Below, piece after piece: positions 22,761-36,230 of a stretch of DNA of 64,000 bases (the stretch's first letter is position 1; every line of letters begins with the position of its first letter). Both the position numbers and the translations under genes were made by a program. This DNA is from Vicugna vicugna (lineage: Eukaryota): positions 5,467,515 through 5,531,514 of the forward strand of contig MU058824.1 in the NCBI GenBank assembly GCA_013265495.1. The letters run 5' to 3'. The notes under the pieces were generated by a model. That model did not search any database. It was not told the origin of the DNA and was given only the letters and a program-made list of their open reading frames with translations.

Positions 22761-23171
22761 AAACTGAACTGTAATGTCTGTTTTATGAACCCTCTCCCTC
22801 CAGTCCCTCGCCCCCCGGAGGTATCTTCAGGGGCTTTGCATCTTCTGATATAACCTCTCTAGGCGTCAAGGTCCTGACGGTTGAAAGGTCTGGAATGGCA
22901 AATTACCTCTTGGGGCCTTCCCTCTCCAGAGTCCTATGATTCTGTAGTCTGCAGGAGGTGTCCTAGAGAGTGTTCGATGAAATTGCCTAGATGTGGATTG
23001 GAATCTGGGTCCAGTGGGGGCAAGGGAGAGAATCAAAGGTATCTTCTTAGATGCCTGGAAGTATGGTAATGCCACTAAGGGAAACAGGAACATCAAAGTC
23101 TGGCAAGTCTGTGTTTGCTTTTTATGTTTAGTTTTTGGTGGTGGAGAAGCATCGCATTGGGTTCACGAGGC

Positions 23172-23355
23172 AACAGCATTTCTCAAACCCTGGCTTACAA
23201 ACTGCATGAATTGGAATCACTTGTGTGCTTGTAAGGTGGAACTTCCTGGGTTCCTCTCCAGATCTACTGAGCTAAAAACCCAGACGGGGACCCAGGAATC
23301 TGCATTTTGTCAGGCTTTCTGGAAGATACTTGGGAGTCACTGCATGAGAACTTGA
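23172..23355. mobile_element. MER5-type (hAT-Charlie) DNA transposon
   Basis: 'tttctcaaacc...ggaatcacttg...ctccagatctactga...gggacccaggaatctgcatttt...tgagaac'. Confidence 0.65.
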
Positions 23356-23529
23356 GGAGCGTCAGTTGGCGATGTCAGTTCAAAATTACGAAAGTTTATG
23401 AGTTCTGAGAGGGGGAGGAGTATCCCAGGAGCGTGTGCAGTGCAGACTCACCCTCGAGAGGGAGGTCAGGGGGAGGGGTGTGGGCAAATGGAAGAGCTAT
23501 GTTTCGAGGAAAGAGGGATCAAAAAAAGA

Positions 23530-23930
23530 GGGGGAAAGTTCTTTGCAAATGTGATTCATTAAGGATCTTGAGATGAGCGAGTTATCCTGTATAATCTTAG
23601 GGGGCCCTACATTCAGTCACACGTGTTCGAATAAGAGCGCACACACACACGGAAGAGAGGAGGCGATGGCAATGTGACCACGAGGGCATAGGCTGGAGTG
23701 GTGCAGCCCTAGCCAGGGAGTACCGACAGTGCCTGGCAGCAGCAAGGGGCAAGAAACAGATTCTCCCCTAGAGCCTCTGGAGTGAGCATGGCCCTGCTGA
23801 CACCTTGATTTTAGTCCTGTGACAATGACTTAGAACTTGTGGTCTCCAGAATGGGGAAGAAATAAATGTATGTTGTTTTATGCCACCAAGTTTGTGGTAA
23901 TTTGTTATCGCAGCTGCAGGAAACTAAGAG
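23530..23930 (+). mobile_element. MaLR LTR (MLT1B/C-like)
   Basis: 'ctttgcaaatgtgattcattaaggatcttgagatg...acagattctcccctagagcctctgg...gccctgctgacaccttgattttag...gccaccaagtttgtggtaatttgttat'. Confidence 0.8.
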
Positions 23931-26900
23931 CGTCCCGATTGGGAAGGGATAACATGATGTACAAAGAAAGGATCTTTTTTTTATGTGCCCCCAGCCCAGC
24001 GGCACCTTTATTTCTAGGTTGGATAACAATATCATCCCTGACAAAGGCACTTTTAAGCGCTCCATCTCTCCCTGTCTTCTTGACAGTTTGGAAGGAATTA
24101 AAGCACTTTGCTTTCCCCACAGTGACTAATGGGGCTTGCTGTGCTATTAGATCAGTGTTTTACTGTCCTTTTTTGGGTAAATTGTGGAACTCATTACTGT
24201 AATACTTGAACAAATTTAAACACCTAACTCACACTTCTCTTTTATTCCTTTCTCCCTATGTGACTAACTGTAGATACTGCAAAATGAAACCAAATAAACT
24301 CTGTGAAGTGTGTAATACCTGCTTAATTCTGTCCCTGTTCTCTACATCAAGAACTTCTCTCCTCTTTCTGACGAGTCAGTCATTTCACACATACGTAATA
24401 CCCATTTATCTCCTGTTAGTGACCTGGAGTGTGTATATAGATGGAACTCGAGTCCAGTTAGATGGCCTGGGCCCCTAGTGATTAATGGAAACAATCTTCA
24501 TGTTGGTGTAAAGAAAAGAAGGAGAATTCCTAATGCCCTCTGATTGCAGTCATGTGTGTCTGCCTTCTTGGAAAGTTTACTCTAAGAGGGAAACAAGGAA
24601 ACACAAACGTGATTGTAGAGGTAAGTGTATACACATACGAGAACATACACTACCAGAAAATTTAAAAGACAGGTCACAAATGATACTCAATTTTTGCTCT
24701 TAGGCTGCCAGTAAGTGGTGAACTCATTGTCACTGGTAGATGAGAACAATTTGGATTGAATGTCAACTGGTTTAAAAATCTCAAGTTCATGTTTACAAAG
24801 GTTGGTGTCTCTCATTTCCTTTGTACCGCTAGTGCATAGTGGTACAATACACTGCTGTACTGTAGTGTATACTTCATATGCTACAATACTTCATATGCAG
24901 TATTTTCTGTATTGCATATGAGACTTGAAGGAGAAAAAAATAACTGAGTGAAAGTAAAGCAGAATAATACTTGTTTCAAACTAAACATCATGCAGATCAA
25001 ATTAACTACTGTTTCTTAGAAATTAACAGGCCTACTTAAAAAAATTTTAACCAATAATTTTAACTTAAACTTGGGGTATTTTTGAAGTTCTCTTTTTTGT
25101 CTTGATTCTTTCTTTTATACTGCTGTTTTTTGAAATACCTGGCCCAAGCCAAATTGGACTGAAGTCTGGACTATATTTTATGCAAGCCTATTCTTACAGG
25201 CTTATCCATTTGATTTTAATGGCTGGGAAGGCTGGAATTATGAGTTAGGAAGAAGAAGCCGACTGTCTGAGTATTCATGCATTCAGCCCTGAACCCTTTT
25301 AAATTTACTCATCACTATTCAGGAAGCATAATTCATGTCTCCATCAAGAAAGCAATTGCTGGGATAAATTTTACAAAAATGTGGGAGAAAAAAAAACCCC
25401 TAAAATGAATGTATGTCTCAGAACTCCATATGCTTAAATCACCAAGGCTCCATCTTTTTCTGATTACCTTTGTATCCCCAAAGCCAAAGTAACTCACCAA
25501 ATAAAAATGGTCTTTAAGCTTTCTCAGTCTGATTCAGATAGCTCTTTCTCTTTCTGAATCTCTTAAGTGGTTCCTACAGCTTTGCCACAAAACCTCCTGA
25601 CTTTTCTTCCCCTCCAGCTCCATTCTGAGTGGAGCTATGCATTATGTTGACTGCTGTGATTGAGCTCATGTAGACTTTGGATAGCTCTTTGATTATGATT
25701 TTATTCTCTGAAACCAGGTATGCTTCCTGGCTTGGTTCCCCCTGTCTGCATCAACTCTACACTTAACAGTGAATGGAAAAGTGAGGGCATTGGTGCCCAC
25801 TCTTTACATGGTGTATTAAAGTCAAAACTAGCAGACCCAGGTAGGTGACCACTAATTATAAGGTGCTGTAAATGAAAGACCCTTCCTCTAAGAGTAGGAA
25901 GATTATAGGAGGATCTAACCATATTTTCACCTAGTGTGGAAAGGAGAATTACCATGTGACTGAACAGACTGTCTTATGTGGAAAAGACCACCAGGCTCTA
26001 ACGTTTGTGGGCCCAGAACAAGAGGATCCCAACCCTTCCCGCTTTTGACTCCCTCCCAAACGCTGAGCTGCTCTGAGTGCTTGCTCAGGGACACCCCCAC
26101 CTGCACTTGTCAGGCCCCCTTTCATTTCTCCACCCAAACAGTTGCTCTTTGGCCATTCCTGAAGTGGCCCAGTGCATCACCACAAGTATAGACACAAGAA
26201 AAGGCCCTCACAAGCCCCGCAGGCAAGTCAGGGTCTTACTGGCAGGGATTTCTGGGCACCTGAGTATACGCAGCATGACCTAGAAGAAGGAAGGGGGACA
26301 GGCCTCAGGTGGGCTGTCCTTTTAGACCCACAGGCTATTTCCCTTGGAGGGTTGTGACAGCTGAAAGCCTGCAGGTTGGGGGCCTCTAAGTCCCAGGGCT
26401 TGGGGCGGGCCCCCTGAATCACTAGGTGGTGGTACTGGAAAGATCACTTTTTTTCCTGGATGAAATCAGAGATGTATTTTCTTCTTAATTCATAGCTCGT
26501 AACTCCTCTATATCCCTTCTTCTTATTTCCCCTCATTTCTCTTGCTCTTTCTTTGTTACTCTTTCTCTTTGTCATTAGTCTTCAACACCCTTTCTTCTTC
26601 ATTCCAGGAGCATTTAACAGTTTTTGTTCTAGACTCCTGCAGTTGGGATGAATACAGAGGGTTTAGCCTGAGCTCTTTCTCACCAACGTACATCTCTAGA
26701 GTTTTTGTATTCCGTCAGCAGCCCAGGTGAACCAGGGAACAGAAGGAAGTCAGCTGGTGTAGTTTGGAGACATTTTTCCAATATGCCCCATAAGACATTT
26801 CTTTTGGTCTTTAGTTTCCAAGTTGGATGAACCCAGACTCTCCCATCTGCCATGTTGCCTTTTGTTATTAATAAACTTCCTTTTTATTGGCTCAGAGGTT

Positions 26901-27247
26901 GATGGCACAGAATCTGCTCGACAGCACGCACACACTGGGCCTGTATGTTTGTGGGGGGTGGAAGATTTAAAATGCGTGGGAGCAGAAATGTAAAGCCTTT
27001 TACTTTATAACGATAATGAAAGGGTAAGGAGGAGGCAAAATTTTGGATAACAAAATAATAAAAGATTTAATTTCTAAATACTCTCAGTATGGTATTAAAC
27101 CATGGGTTGGCTTAAGGCCAGGACATATTGGGAGAAGCAGAAGTAAAAAAAGCACAGACATTTCGTGTTTCAGCTTTTTTCTCATTAGCTAAGAAATGTA
27201 TTAGCTAAAATCTAACTTTTAGACATAGTATTATGCAAACTCTATAG

Positions 27248-27520
27248 ACCTGTGCCACCGTGGTGGCCACTACCCAGACATGGCTATTGAGTCCTTGAAA
27301 TACAGTTAGTCTAAACTGAGATTGCTTCAAGTATAAAAGTCACATTGGATTTTGGAGACTTACTTGAAAAAAAAGGTAAAAAGTATTTCATTAATAATTT
27401 TATATTGTTATATTTTAAAATATTAATACTTTAGATATATCAGCTTAAATAAACTGATTAATATTAATTTTACTTCCTTCCTTGGAGTTTTTAATGTGGC
27501 TAGAAAATTTCAAAGCATGT
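27248..27520 (-). mobile_element. MER33-like DNA transposon
   Basis: 'tggtggccactacccagacatggctattgagtccttgaaa...cacattggattttggagactta...tttttaatgtggctagaaaattt' is antisense MER33. Confidence 0.7.
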
Positions 27521-27769
27521 ATATACCTCACATTTTCTTTTTCTTGGACAGTGGTGGTGGAGATAGTTCAAACAATTGAAAGTTGATGTGTGTCACATGA
27601 TATATATATATGTGCATTATACATATATTTAAAATTTGGGGAAAGAGCAGACAGTTTGGGCGGGGTGGTTTGCATGCTTGCTCCACAAATTGCAGTCTCT
27701 CTGGAAGATGGGTGAGGAAATGACTCTTGGCCTGTCTCCTTTCCAGGTCTTTGTGTGGGCAGCTCCGTC

Positions 27770-28000
27770 TTGTCATCCCCTTAGCTGCAGGGTCAGCCCC
27801 TCATGGAGGATTCCCTTTGTACTCCAGCTCAGAGGGTCAGTGCTCCCTTTGTCCTATTCCCCGATCATTCTGACACAATTTCATTTTTTTTTTGGTGACA
27901 CTTACCATTACCAGAAATTGTCTTGCTTGTTTTCTAGTTTATTTTCTGTCTCCCCTGCTGGATGTAAGCCCCATGAGGACAACAGGAGGATCTAAACCGG
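27770..28000 (+). mobile_element. L2 fragment
   Basis: 'ttttctgtctcccctgctggatgtaagccccatgaggac' resembles the L2 3' region. Confidence 0.5.
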
Positions 28001-28007
28001 TTATCCC

Positions 28008-28240
28008 TGTATCTGATAAGGGTTAATATCTAAAATAATATAAGGAACTCATACAGCCTTGTAGCAAATAACAAAATAATCGGTTAAAAAAGTAGGCAGA
28101 GGGCCTGATAGACGTGGATGTGTTACTTAGCTTGACTGTGGTAATCATTTTCAAAATGTTTAGATGTATCAAATCATCACATTGGACACCTTAAATATGC
28201 ATAATTTTTATTTGCCAATTATACTTCAATAGAGTTGAGT
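28008..28240 (+). mobile_element. L1 fragments (ORF2 C-terminal piece joined to an L1MB-like 3' end)
   Basis: 'atctgataagggttaatatctaaaataatataaggaactcataca' (ORF2) is joined to 'cttgactgtggtaatcattt...caaatcatcacattggacaccttaaatat...tgccaattatacttcaata'. Confidence 0.65.
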
Positions 28241-30026
28241 AAAATTTTTAAGATGTGGGAAATGCTTACAGTATACTACTGCTAAGGGGGAAAAGAAAGG
28301 GTATAGACAATATATTAATGTAATCCCAATTTTGCAACAGAAAGTGTGTGCCTAAGTTTAGAAAATACTAGAAATAGATACATTAGAATGTTAATAAAAT
28401 GGTTACTCTGTGTAAAAATAAATACATAAGTATAGACTGTCCTTGTATTCCTAGTACCTGATCTGGACAGTGATGTTCAGATGCAGAACAGGTAGTGATG
28501 TCACTCAGTTGATTTTACAGCCACCCGTGCTTTAGATTGTGTCCACGTGTATTGATGGGCAAACCCAGAGATCAGCTGAAATTTTTAATGTTTTGCTTAT
28601 TCCAGTGCTTATGAGATTTGCATACTTAAGACCAGGGCTGATATATGTTTTAATAACTAGACTCAAGTTCTAGGATGGTCTTGGCTTTATCTGTGGAATT
28701 GGGCAAATCAGTAAAAGTTTTGGGTTTAATTTCCCCTCTCAAATGAAGGATTTGAATTAGATGACTGTTCAAATAGTCTCCAGCTCTGAAATTCCACGTT
28801 GTGAATTTCCTCAGAAGTTTGGATTTCACTTTAGCTACTGCCTGCCTGACTCTTTACCTTCCATCGTACGTGAGAGTAAGCATTACAGGAGGGGAGGGGT
28901 TTTGGTTTACTGGCTCATCACTGGGGCAATGGAAAGCGAGGCTGGGGGATGATACAAAGAAAGGGCTTGAAGCTTCAGGGTGCTGGGTGTCAGAGCAGAG
29001 ATCTTAAGAGAAGTCTGCTGTCTTCCAATTCACGTTTATGAAGCAACTGTGTGTGCATGTAGTTGCTCCCCTCTTGCTTCTATTATATTGTGCCATTTTG
29101 CCTCTGTATACAGAGGCAGAATAAGACAAATCAGGAATAACCCTTTGCTTTGGAGAGTCATCTGGACGGATCATGGCAGGAAATGGATGAAAGACATTTA
29201 GAAAGAGAAAAACTTAGAAAAGAGGTTCAAGGATTAAAGTGACAGGTCCTTGAGACTCCCCAGGAAGTGCTGTTCAGCTTCAGAGGTGACGGCATTACTG
29301 CGAAGGATGTGTCTAAGAGTCTTTCGAAAAGAACAATTTCTCTCAAAATGTGTGGAGATAAATTTCTCTGTAGCCCTGAACTTTTGGCAGCAGGTGGCCT
29401 TCTCTGTATTTCAATTTATTTTTATAGACACTTCCTGATGAAGACCTATTCTCTTTTCTTCATTGTTTATAATGGGTCGTTCAAATATCCAAATGCACAG
29501 TGACCAGGCATCTGAATCAACAATACTCTCAGTAATTCTTAAACCAACTCTGCTGATAGGATACATAAGCCATTAAAAAAAAAAGAAAGAGAGGGTTTCC
29601 TTGTTTTGGAGGAGGTGGGATGGGGGGGGGAGTTGCTTCTATTTGGTAAAGTGACAGGAGGGCCAGGGGGTGGTTGAGAATCTAGATGCTGGTGAGGGAA
29701 GGGAGAAAACTTTTCGAGACTTTCATTTATCTTGTTTCTCGATGTTAGAGTTCTTGAAGAGTTCAGGTATAATCACAGCCTTCTGTTGCAACAGGAAGCA
29801 CCATCTGCTGGAGCATTCTGTAAGCAATATAACATCTCTCCAGAGATAGTTTAGCATTCAATTCACAAAGAAGGATGGCAGGGACTTGTAAACAAAAGGA
29901 AACAACTGAAGCAGTGAAGGATGGGCTGTGCTCTAAACATGCAATATGTTTCTTTATAGCTGAGAAATCCTGTAATGCTACAAAACCCTGGCAGAATTCT
30001 CTGATGTATTAATTGTTTTGTTTGTT

Positions 30027-30028
<2 letters not shown>

Positions 30029-30076
<48 letters not shown>
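30029..30076. repeat. (TG)n microsatellite, one interruption
   Basis: Direct reading. Confidence 0.95.
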
Positions 30077-30077
<1 letters not shown>

Positions 30078-33000
30078 TTAAACTCTAGGCTTTGAGACAG
30101 CCTCTTCTAAACCACTATTTCTGGTTTTGGTTTTTGTTGTGATTTTTGGTTTTGTTTTCTTTCACAATAAGCCAGTTTTCATGGAGCAGCTAGGTGATGA
30201 GTTACTGGTGAAACTAAAAAAAAATATATATATATATTAAAAAAGTTTGTAAACGCTGTACTTTGTATACAGCTATGTGTTTAGGGAAGAAAAACTAATG
30301 ACACATCAAAGGCTGGGAACATTAGGCACTATAATAAGAAATGGGGTCTTAGCAGGAGAGTGTTCCTGTTTAAAAGCTTTGCTCTCTAGTCATAGGGGAA
30401 CAGCAGACAGTTCCCAAATTTCTGTAGGTATCAAATTAATTGAAAACACCACATTGTACCCTAAAGGGCAGTCTTGTGGAAAATAATCTGTATTGTTAAA
30501 AGATCAAATGTCTAAGAAAAGTGGCCACAGTTTTCTACACTCCGGCCTGTCTCTGACAAAAACACACGGTGAGGGGAAATTGCGAATACTGTAGAGAGAA
30601 AAGACATCAACCTTTTGATTTAATTCAATTCAGTAAACAGAATAGGAGCTAAAAAATTGTGAATGAATGAAGGGTTTGGGGGCAAATTTTTACTAATAAA
30701 AGCCCTCCTCATTCAGCTTCTTTCATTTGATATGCAGACCAGGAAGATTTTGATCTTTAGTGGCAGATTTCCCCCAAATATTCAATCTTATTTTATGGCT
30801 TAAATGGCCTAGAGAAATTTATAACAGCGTTGACCATGATTTAAAACCTTCATCTCAGAACCTAGACTGTAAATGTCCTGAATTGTGAAATTACAGGAGA
30901 AGAAATCCCCACTTTAAATGTCTCCCCCTTCAAACAACAAAAGTATAATTCTTACTGCTGTATCATTTCTATAAATTAGCGGTATCGTGTGTGTGCACAC
31001 GCATGCATGCACTGTACCTCAATAATTGTTTTATCTGATGGTCTTTATTACCTTGTAGAAATTATACTGTCATAATTAAAACAAGTTTCATTATTTTCCA
31101 CTTCTACTCCCATATAATAGATCACTACTGTTTTTGCGGTGGGCCATTAGGCAATACAGATTGGATTGTTTTCCCCTAGATTTGTCTGTTTCCTGCTTTT
31201 AAAAGAATTAATCACCTGTCTTATAGCTTCCCTTGTAACTCCGCTGGCTTCCACTTGGAGGGAACTCTTTACTTTTTAGAATTATGGAATGTTTGGGGAG
31301 GACCTCAGACAACACCCCCTCCTGGTCTGGGTAAAGGAAATTGTTTAATATTGTTTACAGAGTCCAGGGAGGTGTTCTGTTGGCTATTTTAGTTGGTTAA
31401 CAGAGCATTTTAAGCGGTTGTGTATCCTTTTGACAACCTTGTGAAGTAATTGCTATTGGAGACCACCTCTGTCTGGTTGTGAAATAAACACTTTGCAACT
31501 TTGCTTTCTGTGCTCACTGAATCCTGCGTTTCTTGCCTGTCTGCCCTCTGTAGGTGTGTCTTCTTAAAACTTCTGGTCTGTACACGGGCATGTTTGTCCT
31601 TGATTATAGAGCAGAGCACGATTTAGGCATTCCTTGGTTCCTAATAATGGCATTATGAAATATCATACCCAGACACATGCACGCATCATCCCACGATGTG
31701 AATATATAACTTTGTTGACATATAGCATGTTTCGTCACAGTGGCCACCGATCTTCATTAAAAATCAAGTTCCCATTTTTAGAAGTTTAAAAATATCCCAT
31801 ATAAAACATAATCAATTGTGTAATTATGAGAGAAAGGGCCCCTGAACAGTATTCATTCAGCATCCTTCTTAGGCTTGTTGGGCATCCGTTATGTGCAGGG
31901 TATTGAGTTCTGGCTCTGTGATGGCCCTGCATGGATTTGGTACCAGTGATCACTGTATAGTTTTGTTGACTACGGCATCAGGTGATAAAACTTACACAGT
32001 GTTCTGGGGGGATTAGCTTTAATCTGGCACCTTGTGGGGTAGTCTTTGTTCCCAGTTCTCTTGTCTAATGTCGTTTCCTAGGAGATGGTCTTTAAGTTAG
32101 TTCCTGTGGGTGCTAGTTCACTGTGTGTTCCTAAGTCTAGTTTTCTGATTTATCGTCTGTGGGTCATCCATCTCACTGAATCCTTCTGTTTTGCCTCGGT
32201 GTTTCTGGCTATGAGTTCTGAGTGTCCTGACTGTGGGAATGGGAGAGCCCTTTGGCATCCCCTTGTGTAGGAGGGGCATTGAGTGGGTGTAGCCTGACTT
32301 GCAGGAGGAGCCCCCGAGGGGTGCCCTGCCAACTTTTGTGAAATGTTGTGTCCCCTTCACCCTAGATGTTAAGTGTCCCCATACCCTACTGGTGTAGAAG
32401 GGTAATGGTCCCCCAAACATGTCCAGGTCCTAATGCCCATACCTGTGACTGCCCCATCTCTGTGCCTCTCATCTATGATTAAGCTATGAGAATATTAACA
32501 TTATCGATTGCTCTGAAAAAAGCTGGGCCAGCAGGGGTCACAGACCCTCGGGTGGATCTGTGAGAAAAGCAGATGCAGAGCTTTCATGGCCAAGCCCATC
32601 CATCCAGGTTTTCTACACTCCAGATTTTCTCACAAATACCTTTTCTATTATGTGAATTTACGAGATTTGCCTCAAATCAGTCTTCTGAGTCTTTGTCCAG
32701 TGTCCTTTCTATTACATCACAGTTGCTTCTAAGAGGACTGGAGCTGCCCAGAAGTAAGAGCCTGTGGAGAGAGTTGTCTGAAGTGCTGCTCTCCTGAGTG
32801 AGCAGGTAACCTCAGCTTTGGGCTGTAACATCCTTCCACATCAGTGCTTCCATCCTTAAAGGCGGTTACAGTTTTCTTGGTATCTTCTCTGTCTTCTTAA
32901 TTTGTAGGGATCCCCTGTCGGGGTATCACGATATCTGTCTCATAGCGAGTGATTTCTCATTGCTTGTTGAGACACGAAGGAGGGTCTGATGGCCTTGGAG

Positions 33001-33644
33001 TAAAATTGCTCTCATAGGCCATTTTCCTCATCCTTCTGTCCACCCCATATCACTCATCCTTTTTGAAGTGTAAGCCCAGAGAAACTTCCGGGCATCATAA
33101 GGCTGAATTAGTGATTCTACCTAGCAGATCTGGGCTTTGCAGAAATATCTTCCTGATTTTTTATGAAGGAATTCCAAAACCCCATTGGCATCTCTGAACA
33201 CCTCTATGCATGCCCTAATCCTTAAACACTAATAGTTTTGTTTCCAAATCCCAGCACTTCCTCTTGGAGTATTACTGTATTTGGGGACATTGAAATGCAA
33301 GGAAGTTAAGTGAATTTCTCATACATGTCAAGTGGTTAATGACCCAATTTCATATGGCAGAGATCCTAGCCTGGAGTCTAGGTCTGTTGACAGACTTGAT
33401 GGTGGATTTGGTGAAAGAATTTTCCATGGTGGTCATTAAAAGTCCACGAACAAATTTAGAAGCAACATTAGATTTTGAAAGCAACATGTCTGGAGAACTA
33501 TGCATAAAACTTCTCATTTAGAAAGGAGGTCTCTGAGTTCTTATTTAGAAATAAAAGAATTGTCCACAGAGATCCAGAAAACTGTCAAATAGGTTTGTTT
33601 ATTTTTTGAAATCACAAGCAGTTTTTTTTTTAACTAAAAATACT

Positions 33645-33840
33645 TGTAAAGCCGTGTGCCGGGGGTTGTTATACTCTGTGAGGTTGGTACTCTTACTATT
33701 CCCATTTTATATATGAGGAAATCAAGGCATAAGAAGGTTACATAACTTCCCTATGTTCATGCAGCTTGCAATGGCAGAGACAGGATTTGAACCCAGGCCA
33801 TCTGGCTCCAGGGAGCATGTTATTAAAGCTACATTATTCT
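33645..33840 (-). mobile_element. MIR SINE
   Basis: 'actattcccattttatatatgaggaaatcaaggcataagaaggtt...tggcagagacaggatttgaacccaggccatctggctccag'. Confidence 0.8.
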
Positions 33841-33957
33841 GCATCTTAAAGACAGATGCGAAGAAGAAAGTAAATCCAACAGATTTGGCCATTATCAAAG
33901 GCTGACTGCTATTGCCATGGGGTGGAAGTATATGAGGGGAAGAGAATTTATCCTTCT

Positions 33958-34480
33958 ATTTATCTAAAGAAAACAAAAACACTAACTCAAAAAGATATCA
34001 GCACCCCCATACTCATTGCAGCATTGTTTACATAGTCAAGATACGGAAATAACCTAAGTGTCCGTTGATGGATGAATAGATAAGTGTTTGTGTTTGTGTG
34101 TGTGTGTGTATTTCAGCCATAAAAAAGAATAAAATCTTGCCATTTGCAACAACATGGATGGACCTTGAAGGCATTGAAATAAGTCGGCCAAAGACAAATA
34201 CTACATTATATCACTTGTATGTGGAATCTGAAAAAAAAAAAACAAAGACAAATTGAGCTCCTAAGTACAGAGAACAGAATGGTGGTTTCCAAAGACCAGG
34301 ATAGGGGATGGGTGAGTGGGTGAAATGGATGAAGGAGGTCAGAAGGTACAGACTTCCAGTGGTAAAATAAATAAGGGTAAATAGATAAAGAAGTCCTGTG
34401 GATGTAATGTACAGCAAGGTGACTATAGTTACTAATACTCTGTTGTATATTTGAAAGTTGCTGAGAGTAGATCCATTTTC
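33958..34480 (+). mobile_element. L1 (L1MA/MB-like) ORF2 end and 3' UTR
   Basis: 'cattgcagcattgtttacatagtcaagatacggaaataacctaagtgtcc...tcagccataaaaaagaataaaatcttgccatttgcaacaacatggatggaccttga...tatatttgaaagttgctgagagtagat'. Confidence 0.85.
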
Positions 34481-35369
34481 AGAGACTGAATATTGTTGAA
34501 TTCGAGGAAGCACTAGCCAGAAAAATACCTTCTACTTGTACACTGTGTGGCAATTTATAAGCCACTTTCCCACTTGGTATCTCTTTTACACCCACAATAA
34601 TCCTGGGGTTTAGGAATTATCCTGACCTGACCTATGAACAGCTCTAGCTCAGTGAGGTTCAGAGAACTGATGGTCGTATTAGTCATACGCAGTATATCTG
34701 GGCTTCAACACTGGGTCTGCTCATGCAAGCCCTGCGCTCTTTGTACAACAAGGCTGCTACCCTCATTCTCCCCTTTGCACCCCCAGGAAAGAGTGACCCA
34801 TGTCTCCAGCTCTCTGCAGACAGAGGAGGCCAATGTGGTGTGCTTTTATCCTCTCTGTGGACCCAATATACATTAAGCACGCCATAGAATAGAGTTTAAT
34901 GTTTTGGTGGCCCCTCATATTCAGATTTCCTTTTGCCATAGGTGATGTGTGGCTGTTGTGAAACTCCAACCTCGTTCAGGATTTGGTCCATATACTCAAG
35001 GCTGACCTGAAGTTGTATTAATCTCAAAAGTAGCACGCCACGCATTTTGCCATCCATTTACTGCTATGGTTCTTGTTGAGGGATGCTTGTGGGTTTCCAA
35101 AGACCATAAGCAACAATTCCTTGTGGCAGTTGAGGCTTGACAATATCAATCTTGTTTAATTGCTAGTCACTTATTTCTCACATTGCTACCTGTGCCTGCC
35201 GATGCAAAATGCAGGGGGTAAAACAGTGATAAACACACAGTCCTAGCTTTTAAATAGCTCATAATCTAAAATGAGGCTCTTACAGTCCTACTGACATAGA
35301 ATTATTCCCAGAACTATAACCAAAACGGTTTAACCGTGTCTAAATTTCTTATCATGGTGTTTAGGCTTT

Positions 35370-35790
35370 GCTACATATTTACTGTTCGCCTCTCTAGATC
35401 AACTCTCCATTCTTCTCCTGTTCTCTGTCGTTGGGGCTGACTTTTATTGACTGAATCAGTGGGCTCCCTTGCTTTCTAGCTTCTGGCTGGGTTTGCCTTT
35501 GGGAGAGAGAGAGACATCAAAGTATTTGTTCCTTTGCATTCCTCCTTGTTGGGCTAAGACCATAGTTCACTCCAGGAGACCCAAGTCTATAGCTGTCGCC
35601 ACCACTTTCTCTTTAGGTTTCTGAATCTCCATCTTCAGTATTCTCCATGGTCAAAAGGTCTCCCTGCTCTTGGTAGCCGTAGAATATTTCTCTATCCCTT
35701 GTTAGTTTCCCTTAATCTTGCCCACACTTTTGTAAATATTCCATCATTAAACTTTTCTTGATTATCTCATTTGAATATTTGAATCCGACT
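35370..35790 (+). mobile_element. ERVL solo LTR, LTR33-like
   Basis: 'ctctagatcaactctccattcttctcctgttctctg...gggctcccttgctttctagcttctggctgggtttg...cccacacttttgtaaatattccatcattaaact'. Confidence 0.6.
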
Positions 35791-36009
35791 CTCAAAGAAC
35801 CCAGAGTCATTGAAGACTTTCTGTCTGTAAAGTCTGGTCTGGCTGTAAGCTCTTAGTCCAGCCACATCTGTCAATGCATCTCATTCAGTCTCTACCCTCT
35901 CCTCAAAGGACCTGACGATGGAGTCCTACTCTGGAGGGCCTGCACATCAACCAGTGCTCCCCTGTTCGTGAAGATTCACAATCCCACCCCACAGTCAAAA
36001 TTAATGTTA

Positions 36010-36230
36010 TTTTTAACACTTTTATTGTGGGATGGTTCCTGTACAGTAAATGACATATATTTCAAATGTACAACTTGATGAATTTTGATGTATACACCAG
36101 TGAAACCACTACCACAATCAAGATAGCTAACATTTCCATTACTCCGCAAGAGGTGCAAGTTTTGAATTCCCATTTCATCCCTTCCCACTCCCTTGACCCC
36201 GTGGTAACTATATGTTTGTTCTCTGTGTCC
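36010..36230 (-). mobile_element. Old L1 (L1MB/ME-like) 3' end
   Basis: 'tgtacaacttgatgaattttgatgtatacaccagtgaaaccactaccacaatcaagatagctaacatttccattactcc'. Confidence 0.75.
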
